DNA of 64,000 nt from an uncultured Oscillospiraceae bacterium (lineage in GTDB: Bacteria; Bacillota; Clostridia; Saccharofermentanales; Fastidiosipilaceae): contig CAZNNL010000002.1 of the NCBI GenBank assembly GCA_964574395.1, forward strand, positions 2,650 through 66,649. The letters run 5' to 3'. The translations under genes were made by a program, and so were the position numbers. The number at the start of each line of letters is the position of its first letter. Position 1 is the first letter of the stretch. This document shows positions 28,266-37,751 of this stretch, piece after piece. Under the pieces are notes generated by a model. The model was not told where the DNA came from, searched no databases, and saw only the letters and a program-made list of their open reading frames with translations.

Positions 28266-28800
28266 AGTAATCTTGATTTTGTATTCTTTCATATTAGCCC
28301 TGCTCAGTCTCTTATTGTTATTACAGATACTGAACACATCGTGGGGTGTAGACTATATTAATTTCCTCCAAAACATTGCCGGTCATAGCGTGCGTCGTAC
28401 GATTGCTGTAGTGGCTTTGGTAGCAATTTTTGTTCTAACTGTTGCTACCCTGGTTTACGCTCTTTTAAGTGATCGCTTACATAAATCTAGAATCAGCAGT
28501 ACAGACATTGGGGACATTGATATCGGGGTAGAGGCTATTGAGAATATTGCCTTAAATGCTGCCAAAGCAGCACAAGCTGGCATTAAGAATGCCAAATCCC
28601 GAGTCTACCAAGGAAAAGGTAAATCACTCAATTTGGTGATGGCCGTGCAATTGTATTCAGATGTCGAAATTCCGGCACAAATGGCTAAAATTCAGGACCG
28701 CGTCAAGAAGGATGTTGAAAGATACACGGGCATCCCGGTGGCACAGGTTAAAATCAAAGTTAACAGAGTTGAGCTAGTTGGAGCAAAGGTAGAGCGCTGA
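28249..28800 (+). CDS. amaP: AmaP-like alkaline-shock membrane anchor protein
   Basis: Two N-terminal TM helices and a C-terminal Asp23-like segment, directly after asp23. ATG 28249 lies behind GAGGAGGAG. Confidence 0.65.
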   Translation: MRRVNRVILILYSFILALLSLLLLLQILNTSWGVDYINFLQNIAGHSVRRTIAVVALVAIFVLTVATLVYALLSDRLHKSRISSTDIGDIDIGVEAIENIALNAAKAAQAGIKNAKSRVYQGKGKSLNLVMAVQLYSDVEIPAQMAKIQDRVKKDVERYTGIPVAQVKIKVNRVELVGAKVER

Positions 28801-28820
28801 TGCGCTAAGGTGAACGGTTA

Positions 28821-29057
28821 ATGAAGCGCTTATTTATACCATTAATCAATTTTTTACAAGGTAAGAATCCGGGAGTAGTTGGCGCGCTTACCGGCATGAT
28901 TCTAGGTTTGCTGTTAGTCATTTTTGGCTTTTGGAAGACACTTTTGGTCTTAACATTAACCGTTATTGGCTACGTTTTAGGTGTAAAATACTTTTCAAAT
29001 CCCGAGCAGTTCAAACAGCTGCTAGATCGGATATTGCCGCCGGGAAGGTTTAGATAG
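28821..29057 (+). CDS. DUF2273-family small membrane protein
   Basis: 78 aa with two TM helices; the third member of the asp23-amaP trio. Confidence 0.65.
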   Translation: MKRLFIPLINFLQGKNPGVVGALTGMILGLLLVIFGFWKTLLVLTLTVIGYVLGVKYFSNPEQFKQLLDRILPPGRFR

Positions 29058-29069
29058 TTAGGAGACAAC

Positions 29070-29561
29070 ATGGGACGTCGTTGGGCGAGAGAGAAAACTT
29101 TTCAACTTCTGTATCAGATTGGTATGCGAGATGACGAGCCATTAGAACAAATCCAAATCTTTTTGGATAATTTACATGACACATTTGAAGCTGATGAAGA
29201 AAACCCGAGTAACCTTCAAGTAACTGAGGAAGACAAGGAATATATCCGTCGTGTTTGCGAAGGTGTAATCTTGGAACGCGATGTGCTCGATGATGAAATT
29301 CAATCACGTTTGAAGTCCTGGACATTGGAACGCTTGCCTAGAGTTGATCGCGCCCTTTTGCGCTTGGGAGCCTACGAAATCAAGCATTCGGAAGATGTTC
29401 CTAAAAGTGTAAGCATTAATGAGGTGGTTGTGCTGGCCAAACAATACGCCGCCGAAGATGCTCACTCCTATATCAATGGCGTCCTGGCGCATTTCGATAA
29501 ACAAGAAAACGATGATTTGATAGCAGAAGAAGCGGAAGTGCAGGTAGAAGAGGATGACTGA
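29070..29561 (+). CDS. nusB: transcription antitermination factor NusB
   Basis: RRWAREKTFQLLYQ ... VDRALLRLGAYEI ... INEVVVLAKQY. Confidence 0.9.
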   Translation: MGRRWAREKTFQLLYQIGMRDDEPLEQIQIFLDNLHDTFEADEENPSNLQVTEEDKEYIRRVCEGVILERDVLDDEIQSRLKSWTLERLPRVDRALLRLGAYEIKHSEDVPKSVSINEVVVLAKQYAAEDAHSYINGVLAHFDKQENDDLIAEEAEVQVEEDD

Positions 29562-30918
29562 ACGCATACTCTCCGTTAAAGAACTAAACACTTACATGCA
29601 GCAAGCCGTGCGACGTGCGGCTTTTTTACAACAGATAACTGTCCGTGGTGAACTGTCAAATTTCAAAGCCTATGGTTCCGGACATTGGTATTTCACTCTT
29701 AAAGACCAAGATGCCGCGGTGCGCTGTGTCATGTTTAAGGGCTTAAACCAGAGCGTGGCTTTTGACCCACAAAATGGTCAAGAAGTTGAAGTCACGGCAT
29801 CTGCAGATTTTTATATTAAGAATGGCGAGTTTCAGCTGTCGGTGAAATCGATGTTACCAGCCGGCTTGGGGCAGCGCTATTTACAGCTGGAGCAATTAAA
29901 AGAAAAACTCAGCAAAGAAGGGCTTTTTGAGCAGTGGCACAAGAGGCAATTGCCGTTTTTGCCAAGAAAAATAGGTGTGATTACCTCACCAAGTGGTGCT
30001 GTTATTCGTGACATCATCCATGTACTGGAAAGGCGCTATCCGAATTTTCAATTGTTGTTAGCCCCTGCCCAAGTACAAGGGCAAGGTGCCGCGCTGACTT
30101 TGATAGACGCGTTGGCTCATTTAAATGCAAGAAATGATATCGACTTGATTATTATCGGGCGTGGAGGAGGAACCGTTGAAGACCTTTGGGAATTTAATGA
30201 TGAAGGTCTTGCGCGTGCTGTTTTTGCTTCGCGTATTCCTGTGATTTCTGCTGTTGGTCACGAAACAGATTTTACCTTGATTGATTTCGTTTCTGATCTG
30301 CGTGCACCGACTCCCTCTGCTGCGGCTGAACTAGCCATGCCAAGAAAAGCAGACCTTTTGTTAGCACTTGATGAGTTACAGAAAAGGTCTAAATTAGCAT
30401 TAGAAAAGCGACTAGAACTTAGTTTTAATCGCTTATTTGCATTGCAGAATTCTACATTTATGCGACAACCACTCAGGCTCTTGGACTTAAGACGGCAAAG
30501 ACTGCTGAATTTAAGCAGACGTAATGTGCTCCGAGATCCACATAGTCTTTTGGCCGAAAGTAAACAGAGGCTAGATCAGTTAGAGATAAGTTTGGCAAGA
30601 GCTCTGCCGGCACGCCTAGAGCGTGGAAAGCAGGACTTAACACAGCTTCGTCAAAAATTATTTCATCAAACCCCAATGCTAATTTTAAAAAACAAGCAGC
30701 TACTAACTCAGGCTGCAGCTAGACTAGATGCACTATCACCGTTACGTGTCTTAGCGCGTGGCTATGCCTTGGTCACAGATGAAGAGAGTGGTAAGGTAAT
30801 AAGCTCAGTAAAACAACTTAAGGTCAAACGGCAACTAAATCTGCATATGGCAGACGGGAAAATACAGACGGATGTTCTTGCTATAATGGAGAACAATGTA
30901 AGTGAAAGAGAGGCTTAA
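29554..30918 (+). CDS. xseA: exodeoxyribonuclease VII large subunit
   Basis: OB-fold N-terminus (ITVRGELSNFKAYGSGHWYFTLKD), IGVITSPSGAVIRD, GRGGGTVEDLW. Confidence 0.9.
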   Translation: MTERILSVKELNTYMQQAVRRAAFLQQITVRGELSNFKAYGSGHWYFTLKDQDAAVRCVMFKGLNQSVAFDPQNGQEVEVTASADFYIKNGEFQLSVKSMLPAGLGQRYLQLEQLKEKLSKEGLFEQWHKRQLPFLPRKIGVITSPSGAVIRDIIHVLERRYPNFQLLLAPAQVQGQGAALTLIDALAHLNARNDIDLIIIGRGGGTVEDLWEFNDEGLARAVFASRIPVISAVGHETDFTLIDFVSDLRAPTPSAAAELAMPRKADLLLALDELQKRSKLALEKRLELSFNRLFALQNSTFMRQPLRLLDLRRQRLLNLSRRNVLRDPHSLLAESKQRLDQLEISLARALPARLERGKQDLTQLRQKLFHQTPMLILKNKQLLTQAAARLDALSPLRVLARGYALVTDEESGKVISSVKQLKVKRQLNLHMADGKIQTDVLAIMENNVSEREA

Positions 30919-30920
30919 AG

Positions 30921-31178
30921 ATGCAAGAAGTTAATACACGTGAAGAACAGCCTAAAAACGAACTTAGTTTTGAAGAAGCACTTGCTCAGTTGGAGAAAGA
31001 AGTGGCAATTTTAGAGTCTGGTGAAGTAAGCCTCGATGCAGCCATGCAAGCTTTTTCAAAAGGCACAGAACTCGCACGTTTATGCCAGGCTAAACTTGAC
31101 GAGGCTGAAAAACAAATTACGATACTCGTTAATGCGGGCAGTGAAGGCCTCAAGGAAGAAGCTTTTCCGGAGTTGTAA
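30921..31178 (+). CDS. xseB: exodeoxyribonuclease VII small subunit
   Basis: LSFEEALAQLEKEVAILESGEVSLD and an 85-aa length. Confidence 0.9.
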   Translation: MQEVNTREEQPKNELSFEEALAQLEKEVAILESGEVSLDAAMQAFSKGTELARLCQAKLDEAEKQITILVNAGSEGLKEEAFPEL

Positions 31179-31180
31179 TT

Positions 31181-32101
31181 ATGGATTATCAACAACAAGC
31201 AGACTTATATAAACAGCGTGCTGACGAGGCCGTGCTGCAGTTTCTGGAAAAGACGGAAGGACATGCGGAAACACTGGCCGAATCGATGCATTATGCGCTC
31301 ATAGCACCGGGTAAACGGGTCAGACCGCAGTTACTTTTTGCCGCGAGTGATGCGCTACCCTTGCGTCAAGGGAGAGCGAGTGCTCAGATTATCGACCGAC
31401 TTGCTGCTGCCGTAGAAATGGTGCATACCTACTCGCTGGTGCATGACGATTTACCTTGTATGGACAATGACGAACTGCGCCGTGGACGCCCTACAAATCA
31501 TGTGAAGTTCGGTGAAGCAAATGCGCTACTTACTGGCGACGCACTATTAAATTTGGGCTTTGAAGTTTTGCTAGATGCTATAGACGCTGCTGAAACGTCA
31601 GACGAGACAAAGCATGTTTTGCTTGCCGCAAGACTTATGGGACGTAGATTCGGCCAACAAGGCATGATTGGCGGACAAGTCATCGATTTAGCATCAGAAG
31701 GAGAATCTATTTCTTTGGAAGTGCTTGAAGAATTGGTCCTCAAGAAAACTTCGGCTTTGATTGAGGCGGCGGTCCTGGGCGGGGCGGCTGCAGCGGCAGC
31801 GACCGAGGCTGAATTGGAGTGTTTTCGCCTTTTTGCCAATAAACTTGGCTTAGCCTTTCAAATACGAGATGATATTTTAGACAGTAGTTCGAACACCGAG
31901 ACTATGGGTAAAACTATTGGAAAAGATGTTCGAGATAATAAGTCAACTTATGTAACGATTTTGGGCCTAGAAAATGCCATGAAGAGAGCAGAGGACGCCA
32001 CATCAGAGGCTATATCTGCTTTAGCTGAACTTGATAAAATGGGCTGCAATACACTATTCTTGCGTGATTTTGCCAAAGCACTATTAGAGCGTAAGAAGTA
32101 A
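31181..32101 (+). CDS. ispA: polyprenyl (farnesyl/geranyl) diphosphate synthase
   Basis: First DDxxD (HDDLPCMDNDELRRG) and second motif (FQIRDDILD). Confidence 0.85.
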   Translation: MDYQQQADLYKQRADEAVLQFLEKTEGHAETLAESMHYALIAPGKRVRPQLLFAASDALPLRQGRASAQIIDRLAAAVEMVHTYSLVHDDLPCMDNDELRRGRPTNHVKFGEANALLTGDALLNLGFEVLLDAIDAAETSDETKHVLLAARLMGRRFGQQGMIGGQVIDLASEGESISLEVLEELVLKKTSALIEAAVLGGAAAAAATEAELECFRLFANKLGLAFQIRDDILDSSSNTETMGKTIGKDVRDNKSTYVTILGLENAMKRAEDATSEAISALAELDKMGCNTLFLRDFAKALLERKK

Positions 32102-32153
32102 AAGGAGCATAACTATAATAGACAGAATCAAACATGCCGAAGATATTCAATCT

Positions 32154-34040
32154 TTGAGCAATGAGGAGCTGGAGGTTTTAGCTCAAGACCTCCGTGTGGA
32201 GATAAATAAAACTGTTGCCGAGACTGGTGGACACTTAGCTTCCAATCTAGGAACGGTAGAACTTACTTTGTCTTTATTACATTGCTTTGACTTCCGCGAA
32301 GACAAAATTGTGTGGGACGTTGGGCATCAGTCGTATAGCTATAAGATTTTGACTGGTAGACGTGAAGCATTTTCTACCTTGCGCCAAAAATCTGGCTTGT
32401 CGGGCTTTCCTAAACGGGAAGAAAGTTCGTATGATAGTTTTAACACGGGCCACAGCAGTACGGCTGTTTCAGCGGCGTTAGGCATTGAACGGGCTTTAAA
32501 AAAGGCTGGCAAAAACGGCCGTGTAATGGCGGTTGTTGGTGACGGTGCGATGACCGGTGGGATGTTTTATGAGGCGATTAACAATATCGATAATGAGAAA
32601 GACGACTTGTTAATCATCATAAACGACAACCAGATGAGCATTTCAGATAATGTTGGTGCGCTTTCAAAGCATCTTGGTAATTTACGCGTTTCTAGACGTT
32701 ACAATCGCGTTAAGCGGAATTGGTCACGCTTTCTTACTAAAGTGCCGCTTTTAGGTCCAGCAACGCTTTCTCTTTTAAATACTTTTAAAGATTGGGTCAG
32801 ACATAAAGTCATCCAAAGAAATGATCATGTGTACTTTGAGACCCTGGGATTGCGCTATTATGGGCCTGTTGATGGGCATGACATGGTTGCACTAAATCGC
32901 CATTTTTTAGCTATAAAACAACGTAAGGGTCCGGCGGTTTTACACGTTTGCACCCAAAAGGGCAAAGGTTATACACCGGCGGAACAGTCACCTACCTTAT
33001 ATCATGGCGTCAGCCCCTTTTCTCTGGATAAGGGAGTGAGCGAAGCTCCGATTGATAAAGCACAAGACAACTTTACACAAGCTTTTTCATCTGCACTTAT
33101 TGCGCTTGCAGAAAAAAATGAGCATATTGTAGCAATTACGGCTGCTATGGGCCAAGGTACAGGACTCGATAGTTTCGCCGCACAGTTTCCTGAACGCTTT
33201 TATGATGTGGGCATTGCAGAGCAGCATGCAGTAACCATGGCTGCCGGTATGGCAGCAGGGGGTCTTAGACCTGTAGTTTGTATCTATTCAACTTTCATGC
33301 AACGTGCTCTAGATCAGGTCTTACACGATGTTTCGCTACAAAATCTCCCTGTCATTTTTGGGATAGATCGAGCAGGTATCGTTGGCAATGACGGCGAAAC
33401 ACACCAGGGCATTTATGACAGCGCCTTTTTAAGCGCAGTACCCTATATAAGAATCCTCTATCCTTCCTGCTATGCAGCCGTGAAAGACTCTCTGGAATGG
33501 GCTATGTCTTACGTGGATGGTCCAGTTGCAATTCGTTATCCACGTGGGTCTGAAAATAAGCACTGCGCATTAGCTTATGAAGAAGCCAAAGCTAAACAAA
33601 ATGAGCGTTTTGGAGATTTGCCAGCAGCTTTGGTCTTACAAGAAGGACATGATTTAACCTTGGCTGTTTTGGGACAACTTTGCGGCCAAGCATTAGATTT
33701 GGCAAAACAATTTACTACACATGGATTCTCAATTGAAGTCATTGATGTTTTACAACTAAAACCATTACCTCTGAACGCGATCTTAGCATCCGTGCAGAAA
33801 ACGAGCGCCTTGTTAACGGTAGAAGAGCAATCCGTGTCGGGAGGATTAGGTGAGCAGCTTGCCTTAGCTCTCCAAGAACGTAGAATAAGTATACCTTTTG
33901 CCAGCTTACATATCAGCAATGAACCAGTGCCTCAAGCCAGCCCTAAAGAAAGCTTGCATGATTGTGGTTTAGATGCTACGGGTATGGAAGCGAAAATTCG
34001 CGAAGTCTTGCAAGAAAAAGAGAAATTTAAGACAGCATAA
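32154..34040 (+). CDS. dxs: 1-deoxy-D-xylulose-5-phosphate synthase
   Basis: GGHLASNLGTVELT, WDVGHQSY, GDGAMTGG, NDN, and the pyrimidine-binding and C-terminal transketolase domains. Coordinates follow the first canonical start (TTG). The conserved N-terminus and SD point to ATA 32115 (see findings). Confidence 0.95.
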   Translation: MSNEELEVLAQDLRVEINKTVAETGGHLASNLGTVELTLSLLHCFDFREDKIVWDVGHQSYSYKILTGRREAFSTLRQKSGLSGFPKREESSYDSFNTGHSSTAVSAALGIERALKKAGKNGRVMAVVGDGAMTGGMFYEAINNIDNEKDDLLIIINDNQMSISDNVGALSKHLGNLRVSRRYNRVKRNWSRFLTKVPLLGPATLSLLNTFKDWVRHKVIQRNDHVYFETLGLRYYGPVDGHDMVALNRHFLAIKQRKGPAVLHVCTQKGKGYTPAEQSPTLYHGVSPFSLDKGVSEAPIDKAQDNFTQAFSSALIALAEKNEHIVAITAAMGQGTGLDSFAAQFPERFYDVGIAEQHAVTMAAGMAAGGLRPVVCIYSTFMQRALDQVLHDVSLQNLPVIFGIDRAGIVGNDGETHQGIYDSAFLSAVPYIRILYPSCYAAVKDSLEWAMSYVDGPVAIRYPRGSENKHCALAYEEAKAKQNERFGDLPAALVLQEGHDLTLAVLGQLCGQALDLAKQFTTHGFSIEVIDVLQLKPLPLNAILASVQKTSALLTVEEQSVSGGLGEQLALALQERRISIPFASLHISNEPVPQASPKESLHDCGLDATGMEAKIREVLQEKEKFKTA

Positions 34041-34083
34041 AGGTAAGTGGGATGCTAAGCTAGAAGCACAAGATGAGGTAAGT

Positions 34084-34968
34084 ATGAAAATAGGTTTAAC
34101 GTCTAATTATTATAAGGATCCTCACGGAACGATGCTTCTTCGGGTGCAAGATTATCTACTTAGCCAGGGCTGTGAACTCGTTATCGAACGTCAAACACCG
34201 GAACTAGAAATCGAGCAAACTTCGGAAACGCGTACTGATTTTAGTGATATCGACATTATGGTTAGCCTGGGTGGAGATGGAACTTTTTTGAATGCCGTGC
34301 AAGCAATGAATCGTAAGCAAGTTCCAATTGTAGGTGTTAATCTTGGCAGTGTGGGTTTTTTGACAGAAATTCTTCCAAATGAACTGGAGGTAGGTTTAAA
34401 ACGCGTACTGACAGGGGAGTATAGTATAGAAGAACGCATGCTTTTAAATGTGCGTTGTGTTAATAAAGATGGACACGAAAAATTCAGTGAACTAGCTTTA
34501 AACGAAGCGCTTTTGTCTCGTGGTGCGTCACCTCGCATTATTCCCGTACAACTTTATTTTGATGGGCGGTACATTGAAGACATTCGCTGCGACGGTCTCT
34601 TGGTCTCAACACCTACGGGTTCAACTGGCTATGCCATGGCTGCAGGTGGACCTATAGTCCATCCTGATTTGGAGTTATTGTCTATAACGCCTATCTGCCC
34701 ATACTCTTTACACAATCGGAGCTATCTTCTGAACCCCAGTACTGAAGTGAGCCTAGGCATTGCGCCCTATCCGTCAATGGCTGTTTTATCGGTTGATGGC
34801 CGCAATGAAGTCCATTTTGTGCATGGCGATAGGGTGTTTGTCAGCAGAGCTGAGGAAAAACTATTACGCATCTGTTTACATGACAGCAACTTTTTTGAAG
34901 GCTTGCCTGATAAACTCCGTGGACGTTCATTCGTTAAACGCTTGCCAAACGGAGATGTGGAAGAATAA
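34084..34968 (+). CDS. nadK: NAD kinase
   Basis: SLGGDGTFL, NLGSVGFL, DGLLVSTPTGSTGYAMAAGGP. ATG 34084 lies behind GAGG. Confidence 0.9.
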   Translation: MKIGLTSNYYKDPHGTMLLRVQDYLLSQGCELVIERQTPELEIEQTSETRTDFSDIDIMVSLGGDGTFLNAVQAMNRKQVPIVGVNLGSVGFLTEILPNELEVGLKRVLTGEYSIEERMLLNVRCVNKDGHEKFSELALNEALLSRGASPRIIPVQLYFDGRYIEDIRCDGLLVSTPTGSTGYAMAAGGPIVHPDLELLSITPICPYSLHNRSYLLNPSTEVSLGIAPYPSMAVLSVDGRNEVHFVHGDRVFVSRAEEKLLRICLHDSNFFEGLPDKLRGRSFVKRLPNGDVEE

Positions 34969-34972
34969 ACAC

Positions 34973-36697
34973 ATGATTGAACGCTTAACAATTCGCAACT
35001 TAGCCCTTTTAGAAAGTGCAGAACTAGATTTCGAGTCTGCGCTTACTGTGTTTACTGGTGAAACAGGAGCTGGTAAATCGCTGATGATTTCTGCGCTAGA
35101 TTTGGTAAGTGGTGGTAGAGCGAATAAGGAAGTTGTGCGCAGCGGGGCGTCATCTGCATTAGTGGAGGCCGTGGTTACAGCGGCAGCCCAACTTTTACCT
35201 GAAGCGGTCCAAGCAGAATTACTTGCCGATGGCCTAGTCGAAGCTGATGAGGATGCTGGTTTTCCAGATAGCATAATTTTGTCTCGCGAAGTTGGCTCTA
35301 AAGGTAAAAATTTTTGTCGAATCAATGGCCGATTAGTCAGTTTTCAACGCTTGCATGAAGTCGGTAGCTACCTCCTGGATATTCAATCGCAAAGAGACCA
35401 AGCAGCATTGTACGATGTGAATACACACCTTCCCTTATTGGATCGCTTCGCTGGAGTGTCACTTAATGAACGTCTGCTGTCTTATCAAACCGTTTTACGT
35501 GCGCGCAAACTCTTGCTTCAGGAACAGAAAAAGCTTGGCGGTGACCCAGCCCAAAGAGCAAGAGAACTTGATTTATTAAGCTATCAGATTCATGAGATCG
35601 AACAAATAGCTCCGAGGCCTGAAGAAGATGAGAAGCTTCGCAAACATCGTGTTCTCTATCAAAGCAGTTCTAAAATCATGCAAGCGATAGATGAGAGTTT
35701 AATGCTACTCAATTCAGAAGATGAAGAAGCCATTTTGAGACAGCTTGATTTTGTCTCATCCAGGCTACAGGATGTTGCTACCTTGGACGAGCGTTGGCAG
35801 GAGATGGCCGAACGCTTGGTCTTGCTACGTGAAGAATTACTTGATATCTCAGATGCACTTGAAAGACAAAAAGTTTTGGTTGAGTATAAACCTGACCTAT
35901 TAGAAAAAATTGAGTTACGCTTAAACCAATTATCCGCTTTAAAACGCAAGTATGGCCCGGAACTCAGTGACGTTCAGGCATTCATGCATAGCGCAATAGA
36001 GAAGAAGACAGCACTAGAAGCGGCAGAGAACAGGTTGATCGAAATCGACAGGCAATTGTCTGATAATTTATTAGCTTTACAAAGCGCTGCAGACTCACTT
36101 AGTGAGCAGCGTAAAACTGCGGCAGTAAAGCTTAGTGCAGCCATAGAATCCGAGTTGAAATCCTTAGGTATGAAGGAAGCGAAATTTAAAATTGATCTTG
36201 CTGAAAACATTGCTTTTGGTTCACAGGGTCAAGATAAAGTGCAGTTTGTTATTTGTACTAACCCAGGCGAAGACTTTAAACCATTGGCAAAAATTGCTTC
36301 TGGTGGCGAATCTGCACGTATTTTGCTAGCAATTAAGCTCATCCTAACATCTGGACATCCCAATGCTACGCTTATCTTTGATGAAGTTGATTCTGGTGTG
36401 AGTGGACAAACGTGTACCTTGATTGGCGAGAAACTTCTTCGCTTAGCAGTGGAGAATCAGGTCTTTTGTGTGACACATTCCGCGCAAATTGCAGCTTGCG
36501 GACAAGAGCATATGTTAATCGAAAAATCGAGCGAAGCTGGTCGTACACAAACACGCATTCATACGCTTAGTGAAAAAGAACGCAAAGATGAACTAGCGCG
36601 CCTCTTGAGCGGTGAAGCTGCAGTTGGCGCAACCGGTGAAGTTGTCGATGGTTTACTTGCTAGGGCAATTAAATTCAACCAAAGCCTGATCGAGTAA
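34973..36697 (+). CDS. recN: DNA repair protein RecN
   Basis: MIERLTIRNLALLESAELDF, Walker A GETGAGKS, a long coiled coil, and the signature SGGESARILLA plus LIFDEVDSG. Confidence 0.9.
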   Translation: MIERLTIRNLALLESAELDFESALTVFTGETGAGKSLMISALDLVSGGRANKEVVRSGASSALVEAVVTAAAQLLPEAVQAELLADGLVEADEDAGFPDSIILSREVGSKGKNFCRINGRLVSFQRLHEVGSYLLDIQSQRDQAALYDVNTHLPLLDRFAGVSLNERLLSYQTVLRARKLLLQEQKKLGGDPAQRARELDLLSYQIHEIEQIAPRPEEDEKLRKHRVLYQSSSKIMQAIDESLMLLNSEDEEAILRQLDFVSSRLQDVATLDERWQEMAERLVLLREELLDISDALERQKVLVEYKPDLLEKIELRLNQLSALKRKYGPELSDVQAFMHSAIEKKTALEAAENRLIEIDRQLSDNLLALQSAADSLSEQRKTAAVKLSAAIESELKSLGMKEAKFKIDLAENIAFGSQGQDKVQFVICTNPGEDFKPLAKIASGGESARILLAIKLILTSGHPNATLIFDEVDSGVSGQTCTLIGEKLLRLAVENQVFCVTHSAQIAACGQEHMLIEKSSEAGRTQTRIHTLSEKERKDELARLLSGEAAVGATGEVVDGLLARAIKFNQSLIE

Positions 36698-37609
36698 TTG
36701 CAAATCTTCCGGCCAAGGCATTTCGAAAGATAAGTCAGCATCACTATATGGATGTTTGAAACTAATGGCAGAGGCATGGAGCGCTTGATGCCCTAATTCT
36801 TCACTCAAAACTTCAAGTTTCTTTAGCAATGCATCTCCACATGTTTGCCTGAGTTTCTCTCTTTCGTGAGTTGCCGGATTGTATAAGCTGTCGCCAAACA
36901 TGGAAAAACCGGCATGTTGACAGTGCACACGTATTTGATGCGTACGACCTGTTAGCAATTCAAAGCGCAATGCACTTGCCAAAATTTTGTTTGATCCATA
37001 GTGCTTCATAAGCTCGAAACGGGTTTGACTGCTTTTGCCATCATTTCTAATTTCTCTTTCAATAATGCTACCGTCAAGCCTACCAATGGGTGCATCTATG
37101 ATTCCCTCGCTTGTTGAAGGGCCACCGAAGACGATTCCGGTATAAGCCTTTGTTACCTTGGTATTTGTCAAACTAAAGTGTGCTTGCCCTGATTTGGCCA
37201 GCACTATCAGTCCAGAGGTGCCACGGTCCAAACGCGTAATGGGGTGTAAACGATATTTACTTAATCGTGTTATTAAACTGTCTGTTTCACCAGTGTAACT
37301 TGGATGTGTTAATAGACCCGCGGGTTTTCCAACTACGAGAAACCACTCATCCTGAAAGAAGATGGGTAAATCAGCCTGCGCTTCAACAACAGCGTTGTGG
37401 GGTAATTCATCTTCAGCTTCATAACTGGCATGTACGAAATCTTTGTAATAAAGCGGGTCAATCATGCGCTGTGCATGCCCGTTTACCAGGAGCTCACCGT
37501 AGAGCCTGATTTTTTTGACTTGTACTCTTGAAAAGCCATATCTAGAGACCAGAATTTCGTGGGCCTTTTTGCCATCATCCTCTTTTAGTACTTCAAATTG
37601 GTAACGCAC
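36653..37609 (-). CDS. RluA-family pseudouridine synthase (S4 domain + catalytic domain)
   Basis: HPITRLDRGTSGLIVLAK (catalytic Asp motif) and GRTHQIRVH. The 3' end overlaps recN by 45 nt. Confidence 0.85.
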   Translation of the reverse strand: MRYQFEVLKEDDGKKAHEILVSRYGFSRVQVKKIRLYGELLVNGHAQRMIDPLYYKDFVHASYEAEDELPHNAVVEAQADLPIFFQDEWFLVVGKPAGLLTHPSYTGETDSLITRLSKYRLHPITRLDRGTSGLIVLAKSGQAHFSLTNTKVTKAYTGIVFGGPSTSEGIIDAPIGRLDGSIIEREIRNDGKSSQTRFELMKHYGSNKILASALRFELLTGRTHQIRVHCQHAGFSMFGDSLYNPATHEREKLRQTCGDALLKKLEVLSEELGHQALHASAISFKHPYSDADLSFEMPWPEDLQLLDQALVEFNCPSK

Positions 37610-37751
37610 ATGCCCTCCTTTTCTAAACCTATTCTAGCATTTCTGTGGTATACTTTTTCAGATAGTAATGGGTTGATCTTTTGATCACTTAACGCTATGT
37701 CGCATTGGCGGCAGTGATATGGATTTGCAATTTGAAAATTGAATATAGGAG

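Noticed and set aside
27714-28337. 207-codon ORF on the minus strand
   Set aside because: It lies entirely antisense to the efp terminator, asp23 and the amaP start. It has no SD and a low-complexity, Cys/Leu-rich translation, whereas the plus-strand genes have clear family motifs.
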